In this document: positions 36,819 through 45,795 of the stretch, piece after piece | Layout: each line of letters begins with the position of its first letter | How positions within the stretch are numbered: the stretch's first letter is position 1 | Source of the DNA: a virus | IMG/VR virus record: IMGVR_UViG_3300023215_000707 | Span: 1,150 to 65,149 of that record | Length of the DNA stretch: 64,000 nt | Strand: one strand, 5' to 3' | The notes under the pieces: generated by a model | Seen by the model: only the letters and a program-made list of their open reading frames with translations | Databases searched by the model: none | What the model was told of the DNA's origin: nothing | Translations under genes and position numbers: made by a program

Positions 36819-36854
36819 ATGTGGAAAGGGATATTGAAAAATGGAGAGAGATAG
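36819..36854 (+). CDS. 11-aa tag-only mini-ORF MWKGILKNGER
   Basis: GTGTGA RBS; contains the GGAGAG RBS of the next gene. Confidence 0.45.
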   Translation: MWKGILKNGER

Positions 36855-36855
36855 A

Positions 36856-37221
36856 ATGGGTTGGCAAGCCATATTAAAGAAAGAACTTGTTTCTTATGTA
36901 GTTAAAGAGTCTATTTGGAAAGAAGCCTATGGATTATTAGGTGCAAATGATAGAAGAGTTTCAACTGGTTATTTTGAGGCATCCTTTGATGAAATAGAAA
37001 AAGTATTAAATAGAAAACTTACTCCACATGATTTTGCTTTCTTTAGTGCAAACTTTGAAGGAGATGTAGAAAGACATTTAGGACTTGCTAATTATAAACT
37101 TATGCTACAATTATTTACTGATGAAGATTATCAAATAGAATCTTTAGAGGGTGAAGAAGATGATAATATTTTAAGACTTTCCCGTAAAGAATTACAAAAA
37201 GAATTGGAGAGGTTAGAATGA
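36856..37221 (+). CDS. W-x-x-I-L-K-tagged hypothetical protein
   Basis: Starts MGWQAILKK. Confidence 0.65.
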   Translation: MGWQAILKKELVSYVVKESIWKEAYGLLGANDRRVSTGYFEASFDEIEKVLNRKLTPHDFAFFSANFEGDVERHLGLANYKLMLQLFTDEDYQIESLEGEEDDNILRLSRKELQKELERLE

Positions 37222-37489
37222 GTTGGTTTGAAATTCTTAAATTTTATATATTTTATCATTCTACTACTGAAGAAGGATTAAATGCGTTTAACAATGGAGA
37301 ACCTATTAAAGAAGGAACATTCATGTCTAAAATTAAAGAGGGTGCAAGGTTTAGGAGAAGTATTGGGATTGGATTGATTCTGTTAATAGAAGTAAAAAAT
37401 GGCCCGGGAAATATTGGGATGAATGGATAGTAACTACTAAGCCTATTATTGATTATAAAATATTAGAAGTAGAAGATGGGTGGGAATAA
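37218..37489 (+). pseudogene. Tagged ART-fold-like protein interrupted by a -1 frame change
   Basis: MSWFEILK...FYHSTT...FMS; -1 frame gives KKWPGKYWDEWIVTTKPIIDYKILEV...* ending 2 nt before the next ATG. Confidence 0.45.
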
Positions 37490-37491
37490 TT

Positions 37492-37809
37492 ATGTCTTGG
37501 AAAAATATACTAAAAATAGGTAGTTGTTATGAAACTGCCTATTCTTATATTCTGGATAAAGCCACGGCAGGTAATGAAGATTTAATTCTTGTTCATGCAG
37601 ATGTTATTGGAACAGGTGGTAAAGTAATGGGTATGTGTTATGGTCACGCATTTGTTTTAGATGGTGATAATGTTATAGATACAGAAACAAATATAACTAT
37701 ACCTTATGAAGAATATAAACAGTTAGGGAAAATAACAAATGAAAAGAGATATACCTTTATGGAAATGTTACAAGCGGCAGTGAAATCTGGTCATTATGGT
37801 CCGTGGTGA
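37492..37809 (+). CDS. Tagged papain/transglutaminase-like Cys-His-Asp enzyme
   Basis: MSWKNILK; GSCY, GHAFV, VID triad pattern. Confidence 0.6.
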   Translation: MSWKNILKIGSCYETAYSYILDKATAGNEDLILVHADVIGTGGKVMGMCYGHAFVLDGDNVIDTETNITIPYEEYKQLGKITNEKRYTFMEMLQAAVKSGHYGPW

Positions 37810-37815
37810 ATAATT

Positions 37816-37851
37816 ATGTGGAAAAGGATATTGAAAAAAGGAGAAATTTAA
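37816..37851 (+). CDS. 11-aa tag-only mini-ORF MWKRILKKGEI
   Basis: GGTGA RBS; contains the GGAGA RBS of the next gene. Confidence 0.45.
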   Translation: MWKRILKKGEI

Positions 37852-37852
37852 A

Positions 37853-38143
37853 ATGGGTTGGTTTGATGCAACGCAAGAATGGGTAGATAATATTAATTAT
37901 TCACATTATAAAAAGGGTATAGTAGAGATTGTTGATAAAGTTCGCAAATTATTACTTGAGGCTGAAGAATCACCCCATCTTAAAGAAGAGATAAAAAAAG
38001 AAATACTTGAAATAGCATCTAAAAGAGAATTTAAACCATTAACGGAAGAATTGCCACCATTAGAAGAAGGTAGATTAATAGATACATATGCCCTAATACC
38101 AACTAAACATAATAAAGATTGGCGAAAGCAATTACGAAGGTAA
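37853..38143 (+). CDS. Hypothetical protein (partial tag MGWFD)
   Basis: In-operon ORF. Confidence 0.55.
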   Translation: MGWFDATQEWVDNINYSHYKKGIVEIVDKVRKLLLEAEESPHLKEEIKKEILEIASKREFKPLTEELPPLEEGRLIDTYALIPTKHNKDWRKQLRR

Positions 38144-38148
38144 TAATT

Positions 38149-38712
38149 ATGTGGATGAATATTCTTAAAATAAATGAGAGTTCCGAATTTTGGTTATATG
38201 ACCCTCAAATAAGTTCTACTGAAATAATTAATATGATACGCACACCTAAAGAAAAAGTAGTATTTGATATAAAAGATAAGGCTAATGGTTTTCCATTTGA
38301 TATAAACAAATTCACAGATTTAGCATGGGAACAAATAAAACGAGAAAAGCCAAAACACTATAAAAGAGAATGGCGAGAAGCAGAGGTTGGAAAAGAATAT
38401 GCAAGGGAAAAAATTATTCACGCATTTTTAAAGAAATATACGGTTATTGTAATAGGTGCTACGGAAGATGATTGGAGAGAAGTATTACAATTTTTAAATA
38501 TGTATCAAGTAAATCCGTGGAATGAGTTATTATGGGGAACTATATTTGCTTGGCCTTATCCTAAAGATAAATTAAAATTTTCTTCAAATCATGATTGGAT
38601 AATTGGTAAAGTGTATTATGTTAATGAAGATAGAAGAATAGATAGACGTTTATGGCAATCGGCTAGAGTTGGCGATAGTGATGAAAATATGCATTGGTGG
38701 AAAAATGAATAG
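38149..38712 (+). CDS. Tagged hypothetical protein
   Basis: Starts MWMNILK. Confidence 0.65.
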   Translation: MWMNILKINESSEFWLYDPQISSTEIINMIRTPKEKVVFDIKDKANGFPFDINKFTDLAWEQIKREKPKHYKREWREAEVGKEYAREKIIHAFLKKYTVIVIGATEDDWREVLQFLNMYQVNPWNELLWGTIFAWPYPKDKLKFSSNHDWIIGKVYYVNEDRRIDRRLWQSARVGDSDENMHWWKNE

Positions 38713-39367
38713 TTGGAAGGATATTCTCAAAGCCCCAGTATGGGATGTTGAATTGCCAAAAGGTAAATATTTCACTTTAAGTATAAATGAAAAAATTGAT
38801 AGAAGTAAATCTTACAGTAAACATGGTATGATGGGGGCCGCAGGTAAACCTAAAGGTTTATGGTTTAGTTTTACTGATAAGCGTAATTGGATTGATTGGT
38901 TAAAACATAATGAACCAATGTGGGAATATCATTATGAATATCTTATTACTTTTGATATTTCAGGTAATATTCTTAGAATAAAAGATAGAAAAGATATGGA
39001 AAAATTAATGGAAGAATATTTAATTCCTCATGCTGAAAGTGGAATAACTTCAACCCTTGACTGGAATCGTTTATCAAAAGAATATGATGCGGCTATTTTT
39101 GAATATCATGGTGTTGGTTGGCAAGGAGAATGGGATGAAAAAGGACTTCCTACCCCGATGCATCAGCAAAATTGGTTAGATGCTATTAGTGTTGGAAGTG
39201 GGGTTGTTTGGAATTTAGATTCTATTACTGATGAAAAGGTATATGCTCATCGTAAACTAAAGAGAGGACATAGACGAACAAGAGCAAGAAGAAATATCCC
39301 CCGTAAAAAACAGAAAGAGGCTGTAACAATAACAGGTAGAGCGCATGGAGATTGGGTGATAGAATGA
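38705..39367 (+). CDS. Tagged Trp-rich protein of an uncharacterised viral family
   Basis: MNSWKDILKA; KPKGLWFS...W..W, DW..L...YD, W...SG.VWN. Confidence 0.65.
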   Translation: MNSWKDILKAPVWDVELPKGKYFTLSINEKIDRSKSYSKHGMMGAAGKPKGLWFSFTDKRNWIDWLKHNEPMWEYHYEYLITFDISGNILRIKDRKDMEKLMEEYLIPHAESGITSTLDWNRLSKEYDAAIFEYHGVGWQGEWDEKGLPTPMHQQNWLDAISVGSGVVWNLDSITDEKVYAHRKLKRGHRRTRARRNIPRKKQKEAVTITGRAHGDWVIE

Positions 39368-39427
39368 TAGATAGAGATAAAAAGTCATAAGGTTGGATTA
39401 TGTGGGATTGTGCAGTGAGGAATAAAT

Positions 39428-39652
39428 ATGGATTGGGAAACCCAAATTAAGAAGGCAAAAGTGCAATACTCAGGCACTTGCCCAATCTGTAAACAATTCA
39501 TGAGACAAGGGCAGGAATGCCCATTAAAATTACCCCCTCAAGGTGAAGGATTACAGGCTAAAGCCTATTGCCCAATGAGAATAAGCGGAACTACAAAAGA
39601 TAATTTAGAAATAACTCCACCAATTACACAATTTAAACCGAGAGGTGATTAA
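39428..39652 (+). CDS. Tagged Cys-rich small protein
   Basis: MDWETQIKKA; CPIC...CP...YCP. Confidence 0.6.
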   Translation: MDWETQIKKAKVQYSGTCPICKQFMRQGQECPLKLPPQGEGLQAKAYCPMRISGTTKDNLEITPPITQFKPRGD

Positions 39653-39653
39653 A

Positions 39654-39926
39654 ATGAGTTGGGAAAATATACTTAAAGGTGAAAACCCTTCAAGATTTGA
39701 AATGGAAATAATAATTCAAACCCACACAACGCTTTCAGAAAATTGGGGATTATTGGCTTTATTTATAAATGATTTAAAAGAATTAAAAAAATTAATGAAA
39801 ATTAGTCAGGAAGATGCTCAATCAAAATGGGAAGAAATGAAAGGTGAGAGATTAGATATAGAAGGCACTTTTGAAACAGTAAAGAAGATGTATGCATATA
39901 TTGATAGATTATTAGGAGAGGCTTAA
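39654..39926 (+). CDS. Tagged hypothetical protein
   Basis: MSWENILK. Confidence 0.65.
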   Translation: MSWENILKGENPSRFEMEIIIQTHTTLSENWGLLALFINDLKELKKLMKISQEDAQSKWEEMKGERLDIEGTFETVKKMYAYIDRLLGEA

Positions 39927-39927
39927 T

Positions 39928-40173
39928 ATGGGTTGGAAATGTATTTTAAAAGAGGACTTAATGCATGATAATATTAAATCTATAATGGATAACCTATCGG
40001 AAAATCTTCAAAAGACAATGGATTTATATACTAAACTAGACCAAAGTATAGCGCAAGAAAACAAAGAGATGTTACAAGTGGAAATGGGTGATATGGCTCT
40101 TGCTTTATTAGATGTGATTAAAGCAAGAGGGAATCTTCAAAGAGCATTATTTAGACAAGAGGAATTAGCATGA
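39928..40173 (+). CDS. Tagged hypothetical protein
   Basis: MGWKCILK. Confidence 0.65.
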   Translation: MGWKCILKEDLMHDNIKSIMDNLSENLQKTMDLYTKLDQSIAQENKEMLQVEMGDMALALLDVIKARGNLQRALFRQEELA

Positions 40174-40367
40174 AATGGGAAAATATATTAAAAGAAGATG
40201 AAAAGTTAGTTCCCGAATTAAAAGAACTTCTTAAAGAATGGGAAACAAAGCAATATCCTTCCGATAAAGCCCGATGGAAGGAATACCATAATGATATTCA
40301 AACACTTTTAGCGAGAATTATTTCATCAAATATTAAAAGTAGAGGTCCATTTACAAGAGAGGATTAG
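40170..40367 (+). CDS. Tagged hypothetical protein
   Basis: MKWENILK. Confidence 0.65.
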   Translation: MKWENILKEDEKLVPELKELLKEWETKQYPSDKARWKEYHNDIQTLLARIISSNIKSRGPFTRED

Positions 40368-40368
40368 A

Positions 40369-42033
40369 ATGGAAAAACGAATTAAAATAATAGAAGGTAA
40401 ATATAGAGTTGAATCGGAAGGTGGTCGTAATATGGGAGAATATATTAGTGAAGAAAAGGCTAAAGAAAGATTAGGCCAAATTGAACATTTTAAGAAACAA
40501 CCACACCCACTTGAACAGACACAATTTGTTAAACAATATCCTCAATATGTTGATGAATTAAAAAGTGAGATACGATTTCGTAATATCGGTCAAAAACAGG
40601 CTGAAATATTATTGGCTAAAAAATATAATTTGCCAATTTTAGATAAATTGCAACCGAAAAGCCGAGCAACAAGAAATAGTTGGGAAAGTGGAACATGGAA
40701 ATCGGATGATAATTGGTTTGAGATGTTGAAAGTTAGTGGTCCAGTTACTAGCACTACTGCTGGTATTGCTACTAGACCACTTTTCGGTAGGAAGAAGAAG
40801 AAAATAATCCTAAAAGCCCCCGTTAAAAAGACTAGATTTTTTCGCTATAAAACTATGTTATTCAATCAAGAATTTGGAACATTACATGATAAAGTTCAAC
40901 AGGAATATATAGATTGGAAAAAGACATTAGAAAGTAAAGGTCTTGCTGATATTGGTATTACTGGTCGGGGTCATAGGAAGGATGGTTCACAGGGAAAAAA
41001 GACATTATTAGAACACATTGAAAACCATATTGAAGCGGCAATTCAAAGACCGGGCCAATCTCAAAGAAAAGGTGTTAATTTTGTATTAACATATCTTGAT
41101 GAAGTTATTTTACATGAAAATTCTATAATTACACAAAAGGATGAGGATAATATGTTGGCATTCATTGGAGATATTAAGAAATTTTGGGAAACTGATTCTA
41201 ACCCTCGTAATATTGTATTTACACAGCCTCGGTCACTTCGGCGTCGTGGTGGAAAATGGATTGAAGTTGGAAAAGAAACGGTTTACGGGCATTATCGAAC
41301 CCCGATGTATATTGATAAAAGGAAAAAAGTTGATGGAAGTGAAAAGGAACTAGATGCAGTTGATAGTTCTTGGTATGATACTGCACCTGATACATCTAAA
41401 CCACCATTCTATCAAGCGATATTCTCTAATTCATCTTTAGATGAAAGTGTTGGCAAACCGATTACTAATGGTATTTTAGGTATTTTGGAAAGGTTTGAAG
41501 AATCCCTTGGCGATGGACTAGGGAAACCACCAACAATAGTTATTATTGAAGATAATGGGAATATGAAAGATAAATTAGACACCTTGAAATTATTGCCTTC
41601 GCTAAAAGAAGAAATAAAAAAGGTAATGAAAAATACTTCTATTTATCGGGGCAATACTGGTAAAGTGATGTATGGTGGTGCAAATCGTCTTATTTCTCTA
41701 ATAGAGAATATTAGATTCAAAAGTAATGAAACCACTACTAAATATTTGGCTAAGATTGCAGAAATTAATTTAGAGGCAGATGAAACCCCAATAGCATTAG
41801 AATCAATTGATTTATTTTCTATTAAGTTCACTAAGGCAACCATTGATAATTTGATTAATGAATGGGTTAGGGGAGAAGGGCAATTCAAATCACCAAACAA
41901 TAGACCAATGATTCTCGCAACAGATACTACTAGTAAATTGAAGCGTTATTCTTGGTATCAGCAATATCTTGATGCACAGAAAGTTGAAAAGAAAGTTGTT
42001 AAGAAGAGTTGGACTGATATGTTATGGGGTTGA
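40369..42033 (+). CDS. Probable virion protein (554 aa)
   Basis: N-terminal GKY.V.SE.GRN.G.Y...E.A..RL.QIE.FK motif seen in phage head proteins; internal WFEMLK and terminal SWTDML. Confidence 0.6.
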   Translation: MEKRIKIIEGKYRVESEGGRNMGEYISEEKAKERLGQIEHFKKQPHPLEQTQFVKQYPQYVDELKSEIRFRNIGQKQAEILLAKKYNLPILDKLQPKSRATRNSWESGTWKSDDNWFEMLKVSGPVTSTTAGIATRPLFGRKKKKIILKAPVKKTRFFRYKTMLFNQEFGTLHDKVQQEYIDWKKTLESKGLADIGITGRGHRKDGSQGKKTLLEHIENHIEAAIQRPGQSQRKGVNFVLTYLDEVILHENSIITQKDEDNMLAFIGDIKKFWETDSNPRNIVFTQPRSLRRRGGKWIEVGKETVYGHYRTPMYIDKRKKVDGSEKELDAVDSSWYDTAPDTSKPPFYQAIFSNSSLDESVGKPITNGILGILERFEESLGDGLGKPPTIVIIEDNGNMKDKLDTLKLLPSLKEEIKKVMKNTSIYRGNTGKVMYGGANRLISLIENIRFKSNETTTKYLAKIAEINLEADETPIALESIDLFSIKFTKATIDNLINEWVRGEGQFKSPNNRPMILATDTTSKLKRYSWYQQYLDAQKVEKKVVKKSWTDMLWG

Positions 42034-42038
42034 TTAAT

Positions 42039-42359
42039 ATGGATTGGAAAGAGATAATTAAAATAAAAGAAGAAGAAAATATAAGAGAATTTGAGGCTAG
42101 ACAATCAGGTTATCCTGCTGGTGGAGAAATATCTCATGAAGATGCACTAGCCCATGATGCAGATTTAGTAAATAGACCTTCGGGTGTTATTGGTATGGAT
42201 GAATGGGAGCGTTTAGCCGAGTATGTTGATGAACCAAAACATTTTGTTGAGGCTCTAAGAAAATTGGAAGAAATTATAAATTCGGCAGAAATGCGAGGGG
42301 GAGAATCAAAGCATGATTTTATTAAACTTCTAGCGCAAATAGTTGGAAAAGTCAAGTGA
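42039..42359 (+). CDS. Tagged hypothetical protein
   Basis: MDWKEIIK. Confidence 0.65.
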   Translation: MDWKEIIKIKEEENIREFEARQSGYPAGGEISHEDALAHDADLVNRPSGVIGMDEWERLAEYVDEPKHFVEALRKLEEIINSAEMRGGESKHDFIKLLAQIVGKVK

Positions 42360-42364
42360 TTAAT

Positions 42365-42817
42365 ATGGGTTGGGAAGAGATATTGAAAACTTCTACTTTA
42401 GAAGTTAAACTAAAACACATGGTAAAAGATGGAGATTATAGTGATAGTAAAATGGCTTGGGCATATAAAAGAATGTGTAAGGCAGGTAAAGACCATATTA
42501 GTGAAGGTCTTAATGGTATAAATTTAGATAAAGATTTAATGTATAGTGCTATTGGCTATGCTCTTGATGCTTATGCTTATGTAAGATTAGATGATGAAAG
42601 TAGAATACCTGAATTTGATGATGAAAGTAGTCAAATATATAAATTACTTCAAGAAGGTTTAGAAATTTGCAAGAAAGCAAAACAAACTAAATTATATGAA
42701 AAGAGAAGTGAAGCGGATAAGAAAAGACAAGAAAGGACTCGTCGAGACTATCCTAATTGGCGAGAAGATGAAACTGAGGCTGAATATATGGAAAGAACCG
42801 GAGATTTTGTGTGGTGA
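42365..42817 (+). CDS. Tagged hypothetical protein
   Basis: MGWEEILK. Confidence 0.65.
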   Translation: MGWEEILKTSTLEVKLKHMVKDGDYSDSKMAWAYKRMCKAGKDHISEGLNGINLDKDLMYSAIGYALDAYAYVRLDDESRIPEFDDESSQIYKLLQEGLEICKKAKQTKLYEKRSEADKKRQERTRRDYPNWREDETEAEYMERTGDFVW

Positions 42818-42825
42818 TTAATATG

Positions 42826-43485
42826 GCTAAAACTCGCAAACATTGTAAATTGTGCCAAAGTGCCGATAGGGAACAATTAGAGGAACGCCTCTCAACAATT
42901 CAAATTACCCCCGATGATTTAGATAATGAAATGAAATGGCCTAGTGGGTCTTCTGCGAGACACTTAAGAAATCACATGGATGGCGATTATGCCAACCAAT
43001 CTAACCCTAGATGTAATCTTTGTATAAGCCCAAAGAGAATAGAATTAGAATTGGCTATTGTTAATGGAGATATTTCTGCAACTGATATTGCTGGAAAAAT
43101 GAAAATTACCCGCCAACAAGTTCTCAAACATATGGATAAACACCTTAAGCCAATTGTTCAACAGTCTGCCGCTTTGGAAATTGTAAAGAGGGATTTAAGC
43201 GAAATTGATGTTTTAGGTGATAATATTGGAAAATTAGAAGGTAAAATAAATCTTCTTTTTGCAGAAGATGATTTGAACCCTAAATATATAGATAGTTTAA
43301 CTAGACTTGCAAAAGAGATTAGAGAGTCTTTGAAATATCTTTTGGAATTTAAAGGGCAGTTGGTTCACAAAAGACAAGATACCGTTATTATTGCTCAAAT
43401 GAATATTGTTCAAGAAGTATTGGCGCAACAACACCCCGATGTTTGGTTAGATGTTAAGAGTAGAATGAAGGAGAGGTTAGAATGA
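42826..43485 (+). CDS. Duplicated Zn-HTH protein with coiled coil; candidate terminase small subunit
   Basis: Two CxxC...HTH...H-x3-H units then oligomerisation helices. Confidence 0.5.
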   Translation, partial: AKTRKHCKLCQSADREQLEERLSTIQITPDDLDNEMKWPSGSSARHLRNHMDGDYANQSNPRCNLCISPKRIELELAIVNGDISATDIAGKMKITRQQVLKHMDKHLKPIVQQSAALEIVKRDLSEIDVLGDNIGKLEGKINLLFAEDDLNPKYIDSLTRLAKEIRESLKYLLEFKGQLVHKRQDTVIIAQMNIVQEVLAQQHPDVWLDVKSRMKERLE

Positions 43486-43976
43486 GTTGGAAAGATATAT
43501 TGAAAAATTCGTCTATACAAGAACTAAATAAAATTTTAGATTTTATTAAATCTAATAGAAGTCTTCTTACAAGAGAATCTAATCAACCTATTGTTGATGG
43601 AAATTTAACAGAAGAAATTGCTGAAAAAATATTAAATGACCTTAAAGGTGGTAAAAGTTCACCATATAATCAAATAGATACTGATAATGTAAGTTTGCAC
43701 ATTGATGATGGTTTTGATTTAAAAATTGGTAGTGGAGCAGACAATTATTTTTATTCTTTTTATACTCAAGATTATATCACTATGATGAAAAATCCAGAAA
43801 AGGTGTATGCCTTTGTAGTTAAATTTATTGAAATGATAGGAAGAACACCAGAAGAAATGGATTTAGATGAAACTGCTATGTCTTTAAAATACATTAAAGA
43901 AGGTGGTGTTCATTGGGTTCCTAAAGACCCTGATTCTAAACCAAAAAAAGCAACACCCACAGGATATAGACCATAG
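43482..43976 (+). CDS. Tagged hypothetical protein
   Basis: MSWKDILK. Confidence 0.65.
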   Translation: MSWKDILKNSSIQELNKILDFIKSNRSLLTRESNQPIVDGNLTEEIAEKILNDLKGGKSSPYNQIDTDNVSLHIDDGFDLKIGSGADNYFYSFYTQDYITMMKNPEKVYAFVVKFIEMIGRTPEEMDLDETAMSLKYIKEGGVHWVPKDPDSKPKKATPTGYRP

Positions 43977-43987
43977 GAGAGATTAGA

Positions 43988-44332
43988 ATGAGTTGGAAAG
44001 ATATACTGAAAATAATAGATTTTGACGCAAATGAGTTTTATGTTGGAAAATATAAACAAATTGAACAATATGGTGGTCCAGAAGAAGGCGGTTGGTGGTA
44101 TTTTAATTACGACTATTTAGGAGAAAGTGTGGGGCCATTACCAAAGAAAGAAGCAATTGACGCACTTAAAGCGTTAAACAATGACCGAAAACCCCCAAAA
44201 GAATTTTATGAAAATTTACCTGAAGAAGATAAAGATATTGCTAGAGGATTTACCATTTCATCTGGAATTGTATATAGGTTAGAAAATAAAAAGGGCGACC
44301 AACAACATATGAAAAGGGAATATTATGAGTGA
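43988..44332 (+). CDS. Tagged protein with YGGPEEGGWWY motif
   Basis: MSWKDILK; motif recurrent in small phage proteins. Confidence 0.65.
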   Translation: MSWKDILKIIDFDANEFYVGKYKQIEQYGGPEEGGWWYFNYDYLGESVGPLPKKEAIDALKALNNDRKPPKEFYENLPEEDKDIARGFTISSGIVYRLENKKGDQQHMKREYYE

Positions 44333-44705
44333 TTACAATTGGAAAAATATATTAAAAATAGGAACTTGGAATGCTTATATTAGAGATTATGATGGGGGTG
44401 GGTATATGAATATTCTTCAATCAATAGCAGACCCTTCATATGAAGAAGAAGCAGAAGCGATTGAAACGGATTCTCAAGATGAAACATATAAAAGATTTAA
44501 GATGATAATGGCTGTTGTAGGTATGACTGTTCAAGGAGATAAAAATGAAGGAGTAACAAGAAATCTTATTAGGGGGTTTCTACAACAGGGTGGCTCTAAT
44601 GCTAATTATTGGTATGTAATTAGTCAAGTAAAACCTGCTGATGATTATAAACCTGATTTTAACCCACATAGTAGTGAAAGTGTAAGAGATTTAACGGAAG
44701 AATAA
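44325..44705 (+). CDS. Tagged hypothetical protein
   Basis: MSDYNWKNILK. Confidence 0.65.
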   Translation: MSDYNWKNILKIGTWNAYIRDYDGGGYMNILQSIADPSYEEEAEAIETDSQDETYKRFKMIMAVVGMTVQGDKNEGVTRNLIRGFLQQGGSNANYWYVISQVKPADDYKPDFNPHSSESVRDLTEE

Positions 44706-44733
44706 TATTTTTAAGAGAACAGGGGAAATTAAT

Positions 44734-44988
44734 ATGAGTTGGCAAGATATACTTAAAATAGACATTACAATGAATTGGCAAGATGTAATTAAAACATCAT
44801 TGCAAGATTTATTTAATCAATTATCTACTTCTCAAAAACAAGAAGTAAATAATCATATTAAAGCGGGTCTTACTGGTCAAAAGGCTATAGAAATAATTCA
44901 AATGAAATATGGATTAGGTAGTTTTAAGGGAAAATATGAGAATAAACCACAACCACCTGAAAGTGCTTGGAGAGAGAAAACATATTAA
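44734..44988 (+). CDS. Doubly tagged hypothetical protein
   Basis: MSWQDILKIDIT-MNWQDVIK. Confidence 0.65.
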   Translation: MSWQDILKIDITMNWQDVIKTSLQDLFNQLSTSQKQEVNNHIKAGLTGQKAIEIIQMKYGLGSFKGKYENKPQPPESAWREKTY

Positions 44989-45000
44989 GGAGAATATACA

Positions 45001-45183
45001 ATGAGTTGGCAAGATATAATAAAAAGTAAATCTCTTGATGAAGTAGACCAAGATATTGCTATGTATATCAATATATTAAATGGTTATATTCCACAGATTG
45101 AAGAAGTCTATAATGAAGATGATTTGAATAAAATAATTAATTCTTTAGTTAGTATGCTACAATCAACAATGAGGGGAAATTAA
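45001..45183 (+). CDS. Tagged hypothetical protein
   Basis: MSWQDIIKS. Confidence 0.6.
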   Translation: MSWQDIIKSKSLDEVDQDIAMYINILNGYIPQIEEVYNEDDLNKIINSLVSMLQSTMRGN

Positions 45184-45198
45184 TAAGGAGAGATTACA

Positions 45199-45516
45199 AT
45201 GAGTTGGAAAAATATACTTAGAAAAGGAACAGCGACAGCGACTCGTTCTGCTGAATTGTGGGCTATGAATGATTATGAACTTTATCAAGATATTTATAAA
45301 TTTATAAAAGAAAAAGCCCGACAGGGATTAGATAAAGATGAAATTTTTAATGCGGTTGTTAAATTTCTTCCTGAGAGAATGGCGCTTTTGGATGGTTTCA
45401 TGGTAGAATTAACTGAATATGAACCCTCTGATGGAATTAGTGATGTAGATTGGGTTGAAGTTGTAAAAGGCTATGAACCTGAGATTGAAGAAGCGATTAA
45501 ATTTTTTAAGGAATGA
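45199..45516 (+). CDS. Tagged hypothetical protein
   Basis: MSWKNILRK; ELW.MND..LY motif. Confidence 0.65.
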   Translation: MSWKNILRKGTATATRSAELWAMNDYELYQDIYKFIKEKARQGLDKDEIFNAVVKFLPERMALLDGFMVELTEYEPSDGISDVDWVEVVKGYEPEIEEAIKFFKE

Positions 45517-45521
45517 TTACA

Positions 45522-45791
45522 ATGGGTTGGCAAGATATACTGAAAAAAATAATAACTGCTAGAGAATTTCTACAATCTATTCAGGAAAAAACAGGTGGAG
45601 AGATTACAGATAAAATGAGAGGAAGGGGAAAATGGAAAATTGATATGATTCTTTCTCATGATGCTGGATATATAAAAATTATACAAAAGGGCATAAGTGA
45701 ATTTGCGATTAATGTTAATGGGAAAGAATATTTAACTACTTATAATTTAAATAAAATCCTTCCTGAAGTTTTAGAAATGATTGGGAAATGA
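45522..45791 (+). CDS. Tagged hypothetical protein
   Basis: MGWQDILKK. Confidence 0.65.
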   Translation: MGWQDILKKIITAREFLQSIQEKTGGEITDKMRGRGKWKIDMILSHDAGYIKIIQKGISEFAINVNGKEYLTTYNLNKILPEVLEMIGK

Positions 45792-45795
45792 TTTT

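Noticed and set aside
39364-39445. Possible decayed CxxC gene (one extra T would give GLCWDCAVRNK)
   Set aside because: Too short and needs an assumed indel.
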